This document shows, in pieces, positions 17,879 through 26,671 of a DNA stretch of 28,916 bases (position 1 is its first letter; the number at the start of each line of letters is the position of its first letter). The DNA comes from a virus. Taxonomy: Duplodnaviria; Caudoviricetes. Made by a program: the position numbers and the translations under genes. The notes beneath the pieces were generated by a model. The model did no database searches. It saw nothing but the letters and a program-made list of their open reading frames with translations, and was not told the DNA's origin. The DNA is taken from IMG/VR virus record IMGVR_UViG_3300040807_003060, positions 1 to 28,916 of that record; one strand, 5' to 3'.

Positions 17879-17890
17879 ACAGTTAATTAT

Positions 17891-19336
17891 TTAGAGTTGA
17901 ATCTGCCAGGTTCCTTTACGATATTCGCCTTCAAATGATAATAGCCATTGTTCACCAGTCCATTTGTATTGAATTCCGGTATTTAGATTTGTGATAAATT
18001 TGGTACTAAAGTTATCACTGCTGATCGTGTTTGCACTTGCATCAAACAGCACAGTCCACTCTGAACCGTTCCATTCAATAATATCATTTTCACCTGCTGT
18101 GGAACCGTCCCATGCTTGAGCACTAGGATCATTGGAACTTGTATCAATTATATCAGCCAGTAATAAAAATCTTGTCCCTGTTTTTTTCACTGTTGATGGA
18201 TTGAATTTTGTAGGATCAATTATGTAGTCCACTGTGCCTCTTGAAGTTGCTCCAACAAACACTGTGTCTGTAGGAATGGTGTCTTCATCCCAATTTATTA
18301 TAAGTTGAGTTTCATTAAGTTCGTTGATAGCAAAAGTTCCTCCTACTCTTTGATTTATATCTTGTCTATTAAGTAGCAATTTACTCAAACCAGCATTGTA
18401 ACTACCTGGCAAAGATTCTATCAAACCTTTCCAACTAACTTGTCCTGCTATACCTTTGTCTATAATTTGTGCTATGTTGTTCATCACAAGAATATCATAT
18501 TGGATGGCTGTTGTAGCCAACACAGAATCTGCATCTTGTTTTGTGGTAACACTGGTGTCAATATTACCTTGGGCGTCTTTCGTGACAGTTGACTTAACAC
18601 TTTTAGAATAATCATCTGAGTATGCTTGTAATTCAGGCATGCTTTGTCCAAGATCAATATTGCCTGTTTTTTCATTGTATATGCTGGCAATAATTTGTGT
18701 AACCACACCTAGTTTTTTAACTTTGGTAGGTGGAGATATGTAAATGGGTGTTGTAAAATTAAGTGTCGCCACATCAATTTCAGAATCTGTTCCCATTGGT
18801 ATTGTTCTACTACTAAAATTAATGTTGGCAATTTCAACCACACTCAAACTGGTCCAGTCCACATAATTATCTGTGGTCTGTATTTCTAAACTAGGATTAA
18901 ACAACATCAATACTTGTTCCATGATCTGTAATTTTTGATCTGTGTTGGTTGACCATAAATCTACTGCCACACTCAAAGTGTAAGGCGTAGGCATTAATCT
19001 TTCCACAGTGTGATTTTTTCCTTGTGTGTTGATATATTCATTATTATTTTCATCATAAGCACGTTCTCTTATGTGTACTTTTGAAATGTACGTTGCATCA
19101 GCCAACCTGTTTCTGTCTAATTCTAAATTTGTGATATAAACACCCATTCTTGGAGCACTCATAATCTTGTTTTCAGAATTATCACGAATTATGTGTCCAA
19201 CCTGCCTTGTGATGTCGCCATACATAACAGGAATAGTACGTAGAGTGCCATCTCCGTCTTTGAATTTAAAATTGCTCATCAATCTTACTATCTGAGTAAT
19301 ATATCTTCTAATTTGACCGTCGTAGAAAAATTGCAT
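17891..19336 (-). CDS. gp15: Tail sheath stabiliser / tail terminator (T4 gp15-like) with C-terminal extension
   Basis: FFY...IRRY......SNF, IPVMYG, APRM, PTPYTL...LW..N.DQ.LQI.EQ.L..F.P; lies downstream of gp14. Confidence 0.8.
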   Translation of the reverse strand: MQFFYDGQIRRYITQIVRLMSNFKFKDGDGTLRTIPVMYGDITRQVGHIIRDNSENKIMSAPRMGVYITNLELDRNRLADATYISKVHIRERAYDENNNEYINTQGKNHTVERLMPTPYTLSVAVDLWSTNTDQKLQIMEQVLMLFNPSLEIQTTDNYVDWTSLSVVEIANINFSSRTIPMGTDSEIDVATLNFTTPIYISPPTKVKKLGVVTQIIASIYNEKTGNIDLGQSMPELQAYSDDYSKSVKSTVTKDAQGNIDTSVTTKQDADSVLATTAIQYDILVMNNIAQIIDKGIAGQVSWKGLIESLPGSYNAGLSKLLLNRQDINQRVGGTFAINELNETQLIINWDEDTIPTDTVFVGATSRGTVDYIIDPTKFNPSTVKKTGTRFLLLADIIDTSSNDPSAQAWDGSTAGENDIIEWNGSEWTVLFDASANTISSDNFSTKFITNLNTGIQYKWTGEQWLLSFEGEYRKGTWQIQL

Positions 19337-19503
19337 TAATCTTTATCCTTTGTTTTTTCTTTTTCGTTAAATTTTTTGCTGATTGGTTCGTAGTATGTTC
19401 TTGTTTTTCCCATGTAAGATTTCGTAACTTTCTTTAATCCTTGTGGCTTGGCAGTGTGTGCCATAGGTATTCCTGCAAATCCAAATAATTCTCTTATTTT
19501 CAT
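19336..19503 (-). CDS. 55-aa Lys-rich microprotein (not in ORF track)
   Basis: MKIRELFGFAGIPMAHTAKPQGLKKVTKSYMGKTRTYYEPISKKFNEKEKTKDKD*. It has TAATG overlaps with both the gp14 stop and the gp15 start and fills the gap exactly. Confidence 0.8.
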   Translation of the reverse strand: MKIRELFGFAGIPMAHTAKPQGLKKVTKSYMGKTRTYYEPISKKFNEKEKTKDKD

Positions 19504-20903
19504 TAATTATCCGCCTGTGGTCGTAATGCTTTTGAAAGACTCTGTCTTTCTTCTTGTCTATTAGTGTAAAATTCCACACTCCATTTACCATCAAACGGTA
19601 TCTTTTGTTGGACATCAGTTATGACAGGCAATGTGATATAAACTTTGTTGTTAGATGATGTAATCAAGTTCTCATGATCAGCAATCACGTAATTTATTTC
19701 TCTAGTATCTAGTTTTAGCATCAAATATTTTGCTGTAATAGGATAATTTATTTCTGTTGCAATTGTTGTTGCATCTTTTGATAGTGTAACAATATCTGTG
19801 GCAACTTTTCCTGAATATACATAATTGTTATTGTTAATAAATTTAGTTTTCATAGTGTTTCTTGTGTCGGTATTGGTTAATGTCATTCTTAAAGAATCTT
19901 CCATTTTTACCCAACGTTGTCCATCAAATCTAAACAATCTGTTTGGCATAAAGTCTGTTCTTAAAAAATAATCTCCTTTTGCCGAACCAGTTGGAAATGA
20001 AATACCATGTCCAAAAACTTCTCCGTTAGGTGCTAATCCATCTCCTAACAAATAGCCATCATATCCAGTTCTTTCTGGCGTTTGATTAATTCGGTCAGCC
20101 ATTTCATTCTGGGTACTTGCATCTAAATCTGTTATATCGGTGGTTACAAGTTCAGGCTTGCCTTCATCATCCACTTGAAGTGTGTACAAATGACTGGTAT
20201 CATAACCAGACTTAGAAGCATCTGCTTCTGCCTGTTGTACCACTGCATTATTGATCTGCATTTCTTGTTCATATGTTGAAAGAACATCTTTCAAAGTTTT
20301 ACTACTGCCTTCTTCTGCAGGTAATTTCAAAATGTCTTTAAATTCTTGTGAGTCGTATATTTGTTTCAACTTAACTCTGTAAAGATGTGGCCACCAAGTT
20401 TGTGAAAACCCTTCACTTGCTCTGTTGACATCCTCAACAACATAAAATCTTTTTAATGCAACTTGAAAATCATTCAATGCATATTCATCTTTCAAATGTG
20501 GTAATTCAAAAACATCACCTGGCATCACTTTTCTGCCCAAAGTTTTAACACTGTATGAAATAGGTATGGTCATAAACAGTGTATCGTTCTGTAAAAATAG
20601 TCCAAATTGACTCATGTCAAAGTCAACATCTTGCACATTGTAGATGCCTCTTAGACGATAGATGTTTTCATCATATTTTCTGTCTCTGTTTTCTAAAAAT
20701 AAAAGGTCTTGAATGTTGGTTTCTTTTACAGCATCATACCTAGGCTGATCTGCTGTGGCATCTGATTGATCAGGATTCTTAGGTCCTAGATATTTGTGTA
20801 CAAAAACATCTGTTCCACCCACTGTGAACATTTCGTTGATATTCTTGTCTAAAAAAGTGTAATCTGGACCTTTTTCTGGTTTATATAAACTGATTCGTGG
20901 CAT
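19503..20903 (-). CDS. gp14: Neck / head closure protein (T4 gp14-like), extended
   Basis: EMFTVGG.DV.VHKY, DLLFLENRDRKY, SQFGLFLQND.LF, PGDVFELP; context between gp13 and gp15. Confidence 0.75.
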   Translation of the reverse strand: MPRISLYKPEKGPDYTFLDKNINEMFTVGGTDVFVHKYLGPKNPDQSDATADQPRYDAVKETNIQDLLFLENRDRKYDENIYRLRGIYNVQDVDFDMSQFGLFLQNDTLFMTIPISYSVKTLGRKVMPGDVFELPHLKDEYALNDFQVALKRFYVVEDVNRASEGFSQTWWPHLYRVKLKQIYDSQEFKDILKLPAEEGSSKTLKDVLSTYEQEMQINNAVVQQAEADASKSGYDTSHLYTLQVDDEGKPELVTTDITDLDASTQNEMADRINQTPERTGYDGYLLGDGLAPNGEVFGHGISFPTGSAKGDYFLRTDFMPNRLFRFDGQRWVKMEDSLRMTLTNTDTRNTMKTKFINNNNYVYSGKVATDIVTLSKDATTIATEINYPITAKYLMLKLDTREINYVIADHENLITSSNNKVYITLPVITDVQQKIPFDGKWSVEFYTNRQEERQSLSKALRPQADN

Positions 20904-20909
20904 ACATCA

Positions 20910-20917
20910 TATTTATT
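20910..20917 (-). promoter_or_regulatory. Late promoter (AATAAATA) for the gp14-gp15-heptose operon
   Basis: One mismatch to TATAAATA; 6 nt from ATG 20903. Confidence 0.65.
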
Positions 20918-20931
20918 AATACCTAGATGCT

Positions 20932-20939
20932 TATAAATA
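20932..20939 (+). promoter_or_regulatory. T4-type late promoter TATAAATA for gp13
   Basis: Exact consensus; 6 nt from ATG 20946. Confidence 0.8.
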
Positions 20940-20945
20940 TAATAA

Positions 20946-21707
20946 ATGAGTTCAGATTTTAATACACAGAAACAGGAAATATTCGACTACGTATACCGTA
21001 TGCTGGGCGGTGGCATGATTGATGTAGAGCTGGATCCAGAGCACTACGAAACAGCCATCAAGGACGCATTTGACAGATATCGTCAGAGATCTGATCATTC
21101 TGTGGAAGAATCTTATCTTTTCATGCCAACTGTGTTGGATCAAAACACATACACATTGCCAAACGAAGTGATGGAAGTGAGAAAAATTTTTAGAAGATCA
21201 ATAGGGTCAAGAACTGGTGGCGGAGACGGTGGTACACTGTTTGAACCATTCAACATGGCCTACACAAATTCATATCTTTTAGCCAGCACCAATATGGGCG
21301 GACTGGCAACTTACAATGCTTTTGCACAATATCAAGAATTGGTAGGTAGAATGTTTGGTTCTTTTATCGAATTCAAATGGAACAACACCACAAAAGAATT
21401 AACACTGCTTCAAAGACCTAGAGCAGAAGAAAATTTATTGTTGTATGCTTACAATTACAGACCAGACACAGAATTGCTTAAAGATTATCTTGCCAACAAG
21501 TGGATTAAAAGTTACACGCTGGCAATTTCAAAATACATGCTGGGAGAAGCCAGAAGTAAATTCAACACAATAGCAGGTCCACAAGGTGGATCATCTTTGA
21601 ATGGCGATGCACTGAAACAAGAAGCATCTGCTGAATTGGAAAAACTAGACCAAGAATTGGCACTTCAAATTCCAGGTGGTGTTGGTTATTCGTTCACAAT
21701 TGGTTAA
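20946..21707 (+). CDS. gp13: Neck / head-tail adaptor protein (T4 gp13-like)
   Basis: LGGGMIDVELDPEHY..AI..A, WIK.YTLA..K.MLG..RSKF...GP.GG.SLNG..L..EA..ELEKL. Confidence 0.85.
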   Translation: MSSDFNTQKQEIFDYVYRMLGGGMIDVELDPEHYETAIKDAFDRYRQRSDHSVEESYLFMPTVLDQNTYTLPNEVMEVRKIFRRSIGSRTGGGDGGTLFEPFNMAYTNSYLLASTNMGGLATYNAFAQYQELVGRMFGSFIEFKWNNTTKELTLLQRPRAEENLLLYAYNYRPDTELLKDYLANKWIKSYTLAISKYMLGEARSKFNTIAGPQGGSSLNGDALKQEASAELEKLDQELALQIPGGVGYSFTIG

Positions 21708-21714
21708 TTTGCAC

Positions 21715-21743
21715 TTGACACTTTCATAAATTTCTAGTATTAT
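21715..21743 (+). promoter_or_regulatory. Sigma70-type (early) promoter
   Basis: TTGACA (21715-21720), 17-nt spacer, TATTAT (21738-21743); ATG follows 6 nt later. Confidence 0.8.
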
Positions 21744-21749
21744 TAGGTT

Positions 21750-22394
21750 ATGTCTTTTCAACTAACGCCCATGTTTTCTGTGCCTTTGTACAGAACTAAA
21801 ATAATTTTGGATCCAATTGTAAAAACTTTTTTACTCAATTTAGAATTTCCTTACGCAAGAGTTGGTCACGATAACACTGATGATCATCTACCAATAAGCG
21901 ATAGAGGAATGCATATTTTGGACAAGCCACAGTGCAAGACTTTAAAAATACAGATACAAGATAAAATAAATCATTTTGCTAACGAAGTTTTGGGTGTGAT
22001 AGACCAAATAAAGTTTGATATTACAAGCAGTTGGATCAATAGACACCAAGGAAGTGAATTTATAGAAAAACACAGACACCCAAATTCATTAATAAGTGGT
22101 GTATTCTATGTTGATGTAAGCACCGACACAGCACCAATTTATTTTGACAAAAATTACATGTATAACAATCTTTGGGCAGAATCAATTAAAACTCCTTTCA
22201 AAGACAACAATAATCAATATAACACTGAAACGTTTGCCATACAACCAAAGACAGGAGATTTGTTGATGTTTCCTTCTCATGTAGAACACACAGTTCCAAC
22301 AACCACATCTGACAAATATAGATACAGTTTAGCATTCAACACTTTTGCAAAAGGAAAAATAGGAACAGGAACAGGACAGGTTAAGATATCATGA
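21750..22394 (+). CDS. Putative 2OG-Fe(II) oxygenase, TIGR02466-like (HxH type)
   Basis: SWIN......KHRHPNSLISGVFYV, PKTGDLLMFPSHVEHTV, RYSLAFN. Confidence 0.85.
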   Translation: MSFQLTPMFSVPLYRTKIILDPIVKTFLLNLEFPYARVGHDNTDDHLPISDRGMHILDKPQCKTLKIQIQDKINHFANEVLGVIDQIKFDITSSWINRHQGSEFIEKHRHPNSLISGVFYVDVSTDTAPIYFDKNYMYNNLWAESIKTPFKDNNNQYNTETFAIQPKTGDLLMFPSHVEHTVPTTTSDKYRYSLAFNTFAKGKIGTGTGQVKIS

Positions 22395-23017
22395 TAGTAG
22401 GAATTTGCGGATTAATAGGTTCAGGCAAAGACACAATTGCTGATCAACTGGTACAAAATTATTCATTTAAGAAATTATCTTTTGCAGACAAACTAAAAGA
22501 CAGTGTGGCAAGTATGTTTGATTGGGACAGAGAATTATTGGATGGTAAAACTAAGGAATCAAGGGATTGGCGTGAGCAAGAAGACAAGTTCTGGAGCAAA
22601 GAGATGGGACAATCGATTACTCCAAGATTTGTTCTACAAAAATTTGGCACAGAATGTATGAGAGAAGGTTTTTATGATGGTATCTGGGTGAGCTTAACTA
22701 AGAAAAAGATCCTGGACAATCCTGCCGTTAAGTGGGTTATTCCAGATGTGCGGTTCGAAAACGAAGCAAAAATGATTAAAGAAATTGGTGGTGAAGTATG
22801 GTGGGTAAAAAGAGGTCAATTACCTATGTGGTTTAGAATGTATCAAGACATAGGACAAACACCCAAAGACATTCATCCATCGGAATGGGCATGGGCCAAT
22901 GTAAGTTTCAACAAAGTTTTTGAAAATAACAGCACAATAGATGCTCTTAGAAATCAGGTACAAGGTCACCTTGCTTCCAAGTTACCCCTTCAAGATGCAA
23001 TATCCTTTGACAGTTAG
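22391..23017 (+). CDS. gp1: Deoxynucleoside monophosphate kinase (T4 gp1-like)
   Basis: P-loop GLIGSGKDT, SFADKLK, TPR.VLQ..GTE, DVRFENE, HPSE. Confidence 0.92.
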   Translation: MIVGICGLIGSGKDTIADQLVQNYSFKKLSFADKLKDSVASMFDWDRELLDGKTKESRDWREQEDKFWSKEMGQSITPRFVLQKFGTECMREGFYDGIWVSLTKKKILDNPAVKWVIPDVRFENEAKMIKEIGGEVWWVKRGQLPMWFRMYQDIGQTPKDIHPSEWAWANVSFNKVFENNSTIDALRNQVQGHLASKLPLQDAISFDS

Positions 23018-23288
23018 CACACACTGTTTTTAAATTTTTAAACGAGCAATTGTTAAGATTTCCATCAATATGATATACATTAAATTGTTCAATGTTTTTA
23101 CTGGTGTGTCCGCATTTATCACAATTTTTTTTAGTTCTGTATCCTGCTAACCACCATTTTGGCCACCCTTTAGCACCTGCTTTTTGTTTAGTACACACAC
23201 CACATTTTTGTCTGTAGAAAACTTTTCCTGCTTTGTGATAATTAATAGCACAGGGCTTTTGTTTACAAACAATACAAAGTGGTCTCAT
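22947..23288 (-). CDS. Zn-binding protein with degenerate HNH-like domain
   Basis: Four CxxC pairs and YHIDGNLNN....NLKTVCANCQ. I moved the start from GTG 23294 to ATG 23288, which lies 6 nt after the late-promoter motif. Confidence 0.75.
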   Translation of the reverse strand: MRPLCIVCKQKPCAINYHKAGKVFYRQKCGVCTKQKAGAKGWPKWWLAGYRTKKNCDKCGHTSKNIEQFNVYHIDGNLNNCSFKNLKTVCANCQRILHLEGVTWKQGDLVPDF

Positions 23289-23294
23289 ATACAC

Positions 23295-23302
23295 TATTTA
23301 CC
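23295..23302 (-). promoter_or_regulatory. Late promoter (GGTAAATA) for the HNH-like gene
   Basis: TAAATA core, then GTGTAT, then ATG. Confidence 0.6.
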
Positions 23303-23357
23303 TAGCCTTTTTGAGACCTTTTAAAAGCACTAAAGAGCCTGTGATTTAGGTTTTCTT

Positions 23358-23387
23358 TATAAATACACAAGACAAAGAAATTAGGAG
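23358..23387 (+). promoter_or_regulatory. Late promoter TATAAATA (23358-23365) and SD AGGAG (23383-23387) for the tail sheath
   Basis: Exact consensus matches upstream of ATG 23396. Confidence 0.85.
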
Positions 23388-23395
23388 ATTTTAAA

Positions 23396-26300
23396 ATGGC
23401 ATTAGTTTCACCAGGAGTACAAGTTAGCGTAATAGACGAAAGTTTCTACACGCCAGCAGAACCGGGCACAGTCCCAATGATATTTGTTGCTTCGGCACAA
23501 GACAAAACAAACAGTTCCGGCACAGGAACAGCACAAGGTACAACAGCCGCTAACGCAGGCAAAGTGTACTTGATGACTTCACAAAGAGAATTAGCAGAAA
23601 CATTTGGTGATCCTACTTTTTACACAGATAGCAACAACAATCCATTGCATGGTAACGAATTAAACGAATATGGTTTACAAGCGGCTTACTCATATTTAGG
23701 CGTAGCCAACAGAGCATATGTTGTTAGAGCAGATGTTGACCTAGGAGAACTACAAGCCTCATCAACAGTTCCAAGTGCTAATCCACCAGCAGGTACATAT
23801 TGGTTAGACACATCAATCACTTCTTGGGGAGTTTTACAATGGAACGGACAAGGCAAAACAAACGGTGGACAAATTTTTATATCGAAAACACCTTTAGTAG
23901 TCACAAGTTCAACTGATATTTCCAACAACAAGCCTAAAGGCAGTGTTGGTCAAATTGGTGATTATGCCATTGACGCTACAACAACATCAAACGAATTATT
24001 CTATAAAGATTCGGATGGTACATGGCAGTTAGTTGGTTCGACAGCATGGACAGGATCAGTTGCAACAGCAGTTGGTACAGTTTCAAACCCAACAACATCT
24101 GGCTTAACAATGGACATTAATGGCACACCAGCAACTGGCGGTTTGGATCTTAATGCCACAGTGACTGCAATTAATGGATTAGGCATTGCAGGAGTCACTG
24201 CAAAAAATCAAAACAATTTTTTAGTGCTTTACAATGATGGCAGTTCAACAGATGGAATCACAATTGCAGAAGGCAGTGGACTTGCGGCGGCAGTTGGTTT
24301 AGGCATTGTGAAATACAATATACCTAAAGTTTCAACCGGCCCACACACATCAGTTCCTCAATGGAAAGGTGTTCAAGGCACAGATGCTTCAGCACAACAC
24401 AGTGGTTCAGTTTGGATCAAAACAACAGAACCAAATGCGGGTGCAAGAATTAGAGTTAAAAAATTCAATGGCGCTACAAACTTGTGGGAAGAAATTTCTG
24501 CACCAGTTTATGCAAAATCAGACACTGAATCAGGTGCAACATTGGCATTATACGGATTAGACAGAGCAGGTGGTGGAATAAATCTTGCTGTTGGTGATTT
24601 GTATGTAAATGCATCAAATGGTACAAATCAAGTAGACTACAAAATTTTCAGAAGAGAAAATTCAGGCTCATCAAAAGCAACAGGTGGTATTATTGGAGCA
24701 AGTGGTGTTGCCGCTTCAACTTACAGTATTTCAGTAACACAAACTGAAAAAGGAAAAAACACAACCACAACTGCAACTGTTTCAATCACAACAACAGGTG
24801 CTAATACTGATGCAGATGCAATTGCTAATGCAATCAATTCCCAAGGGCTTTTAACAAATATTAAAGCAACTGTTGATAGTTTAAACAGAGTGGTAATTGA
24901 ACACACAGAAGGTGGAGATATCAACATTACTGACACCAATGGCATTATGCCATTAGCAGGTTTCAGTACTACCTCAACTGCTAACTTCTATTTTGAAGCA
25001 GGCACAACAGGTGCAACAAATCCACCACAATACACAATTTCAAACTGGAAAGTGTTATCATACACAGCCAGCGATGATGCAGTGACTTCATTGGCATCAG
25101 ATGGACAAATGTGGTACTCATCAACAATTGATGAAGTGGACATTATGGCTCATAATGGTTCAACTTGGGTGGGTTATAAAACTGCTTATCCATCAACAGA
25201 TGCATTAGGACCAACAGTTTCAGCAACTGCACCAAAGTTACAACAAGATGGTACAAGTGCTTTGGTTGATAATGACATTTGGATTTCTACAGCAGATTTA
25301 GAAAACTATCCTAAGATTTACAAGTATGACACAACTATTCAAGGTCCAGTGGACACAAGATGGGTAGCAGTGGACACAACTGACCAAACAACTGAAGAAG
25401 GTATTTTATTTGCAGACGCAAGATACGGAACTTCAGGTGCAACAGGTGGCACAGAAGCAACCATCGAAGCATTACTTACAAGCGGTTACTTAGACCCAGA
25501 CGCTCCAGATCCAGCACTGTATCCACAAAACATGTTGTTATGGAACTTGAGACGTTCAGGTTTCAATGTTAGAAAATTTGTAAGAAACTACATTGACACA
25601 ACTGCTGACAACAAGAGAGCAAGCGATGAAGCAATGACAAATTACTATCCACACAGATGGGTAACTGAATCAGGCAACCAAGCAGACGGTTCAGGTTCGT
25701 TTGGAAGAAAAGCTCAACGTAAAGTTGTGGTACAAGCATTACAAGCCACTCTAAATTCTAATCAAGAAATCAGAGATGATGAATCTAGATTATTCAACGT
25801 GATGGCAACACCGGGTTATGCAGAACTGATTGGTGAAATGGTTTCATTAAATTACGACAGAGGATTAAGTGCTTTTGTGGTAGGTGATACTCCATTTAGA
25901 TTAACACCAGATGCAACAACAATTGGTGATTATGTAAACAATGTTAACCTTGCATTAGAAGACAATGACTTAGGTTTAGTTACTAGTGACGAATATTTGG
26001 GTGTATTTTATCCATCAGGATTCACAAGTGACAACTTTGGAAACAATGTTGTTGTTCCACCAAGTCACATGATGTTGAGAACTATTGCATTGAGTGATCA
26101 AGTTTCTTTCCCATGGTTTGCTCCAGCAGGGACAAGAAGAGGCGGAATCACAAATGCAACGTCAACAGGTTACGTAAACAGCGAAGGCGAGTTTGTGTCA
26201 GTATCTTTAAACGAAGGTCAAAGAGACACACTTTATGCTGGTAATGTAAACCCAATCACGTTCATAACAGGTGCTGGTTTAGTCAACTACGGACAAAAAA

Positions 26301-26644
26301 CTAGAGCGGCGGCGGCAAGTTCATTAGATAGAATCAATGTTGCAAGACTTGTGATTTACCTAAGAAGTCAGTTAAACAAATTGGCGAGACCTTATGTTTT
26401 TGAACCAAATGATAAAACTACTAGAGATGAAATTAAAGCTCAAGCAGAAAGTTTAATGTTAGAATTGGTTGGTAACAGAGCAATTTATGACTTCCTAGTT
26501 GTGTGTGACGAAACAAACAACACACCTGCTAGAATAGACAGAAATGAATTGTATTTAGATATTGCAATTGAGCCAGTCAAAGCAGTGGAATTCATTTATG
26601 TTCCATTAAGACTTAAAAACACTGGTGAAATATCAGGGTTATAA
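23396..26644 (+). CDS. gp18: Contractile tail sheath protein (gp18-like), 1082 aa
   Basis: LVSPGVQVSVIDES, FGDP, YVVR at the N-terminus; PPS, WFAPAG..RG, RDTLY...VNPI, GQKT, LDRINVARL, FEPND..TR, VVCDETNNTP..IDRNEL..DI.I.P.KAVEFI at the C-terminus. Confidence 0.96.
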   Translation: MALVSPGVQVSVIDESFYTPAEPGTVPMIFVASAQDKTNSSGTGTAQGTTAANAGKVYLMTSQRELAETFGDPTFYTDSNNNPLHGNELNEYGLQAAYSYLGVANRAYVVRADVDLGELQASSTVPSANPPAGTYWLDTSITSWGVLQWNGQGKTNGGQIFISKTPLVVTSSTDISNNKPKGSVGQIGDYAIDATTTSNELFYKDSDGTWQLVGSTAWTGSVATAVGTVSNPTTSGLTMDINGTPATGGLDLNATVTAINGLGIAGVTAKNQNNFLVLYNDGSSTDGITIAEGSGLAAAVGLGIVKYNIPKVSTGPHTSVPQWKGVQGTDASAQHSGSVWIKTTEPNAGARIRVKKFNGATNLWEEISAPVYAKSDTESGATLALYGLDRAGGGINLAVGDLYVNASNGTNQVDYKIFRRENSGSSKATGGIIGASGVAASTYSISVTQTEKGKNTTTTATVSITTTGANTDADAIANAINSQGLLTNIKATVDSLNRVVIEHTEGGDINITDTNGIMPLAGFSTTSTANFYFEAGTTGATNPPQYTISNWKVLSYTASDDAVTSLASDGQMWYSSTIDEVDIMAHNGSTWVGYKTAYPSTDALGPTVSATAPKLQQDGTSALVDNDIWISTADLENYPKIYKYDTTIQGPVDTRWVAVDTTDQTTEEGILFADARYGTSGATGGTEATIEALLTSGYLDPDAPDPALYPQNMLLWNLRRSGFNVRKFVRNYIDTTADNKRASDEAMTNYYPHRWVTESGNQADGSGSFGRKAQRKVVVQALQATLNSNQEIRDDESRLFNVMATPGYAELIGEMVSLNYDRGLSAFVVGDTPFRLTPDATTIGDYVNNVNLALEDNDLGLVTSDEYLGVFYPSGFTSDNFGNNVVVPPSHMMLRTIALSDQVSFPWFAPAGTRRGGITNATSTGYVNSEGEFVSVSLNEGQRDTLYAGNVNPITFITGAGLVNYGQKTRAAAASSLDRINVARLVIYLRSQLNKLARPYVFEPNDKTTRDEIKAQAESLMLELVGNRAIYDFLVVCDETNNTPARIDRNELYLDIAIEPVKAVEFIYVPLRLKNTGEISGL

Positions 26645-26647
26645 TAG

Positions 26648-26663
26648 GATAAATAATTAGGAG
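26648..26663 (+). promoter_or_regulatory. Late-promoter-like GATAAATA (26648-26655) and SD AGGAG (26659-26663) for the tail tube
   Basis: Both motifs lie in the 27-nt gap before ATG 26672. Confidence 0.65.
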
Positions 26664-26671
26664 AACGAAAA

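Noticed and set aside
19367-19615. 82-aa minus-strand ORF from the track
   Set aside because: It overlaps gp14 by 113 nt out of frame; the 19336-19503 ORF fits the gap exactly with TAATG coupling at both ends.
22947-23294. Mobile homing endonuclease, with GTG start at 23294
   Set aside because: The metal-ligand positions are altered and no intron or split host gene is evident; the GTG abuts the promoter motif, so ATG 23288 is preferred.
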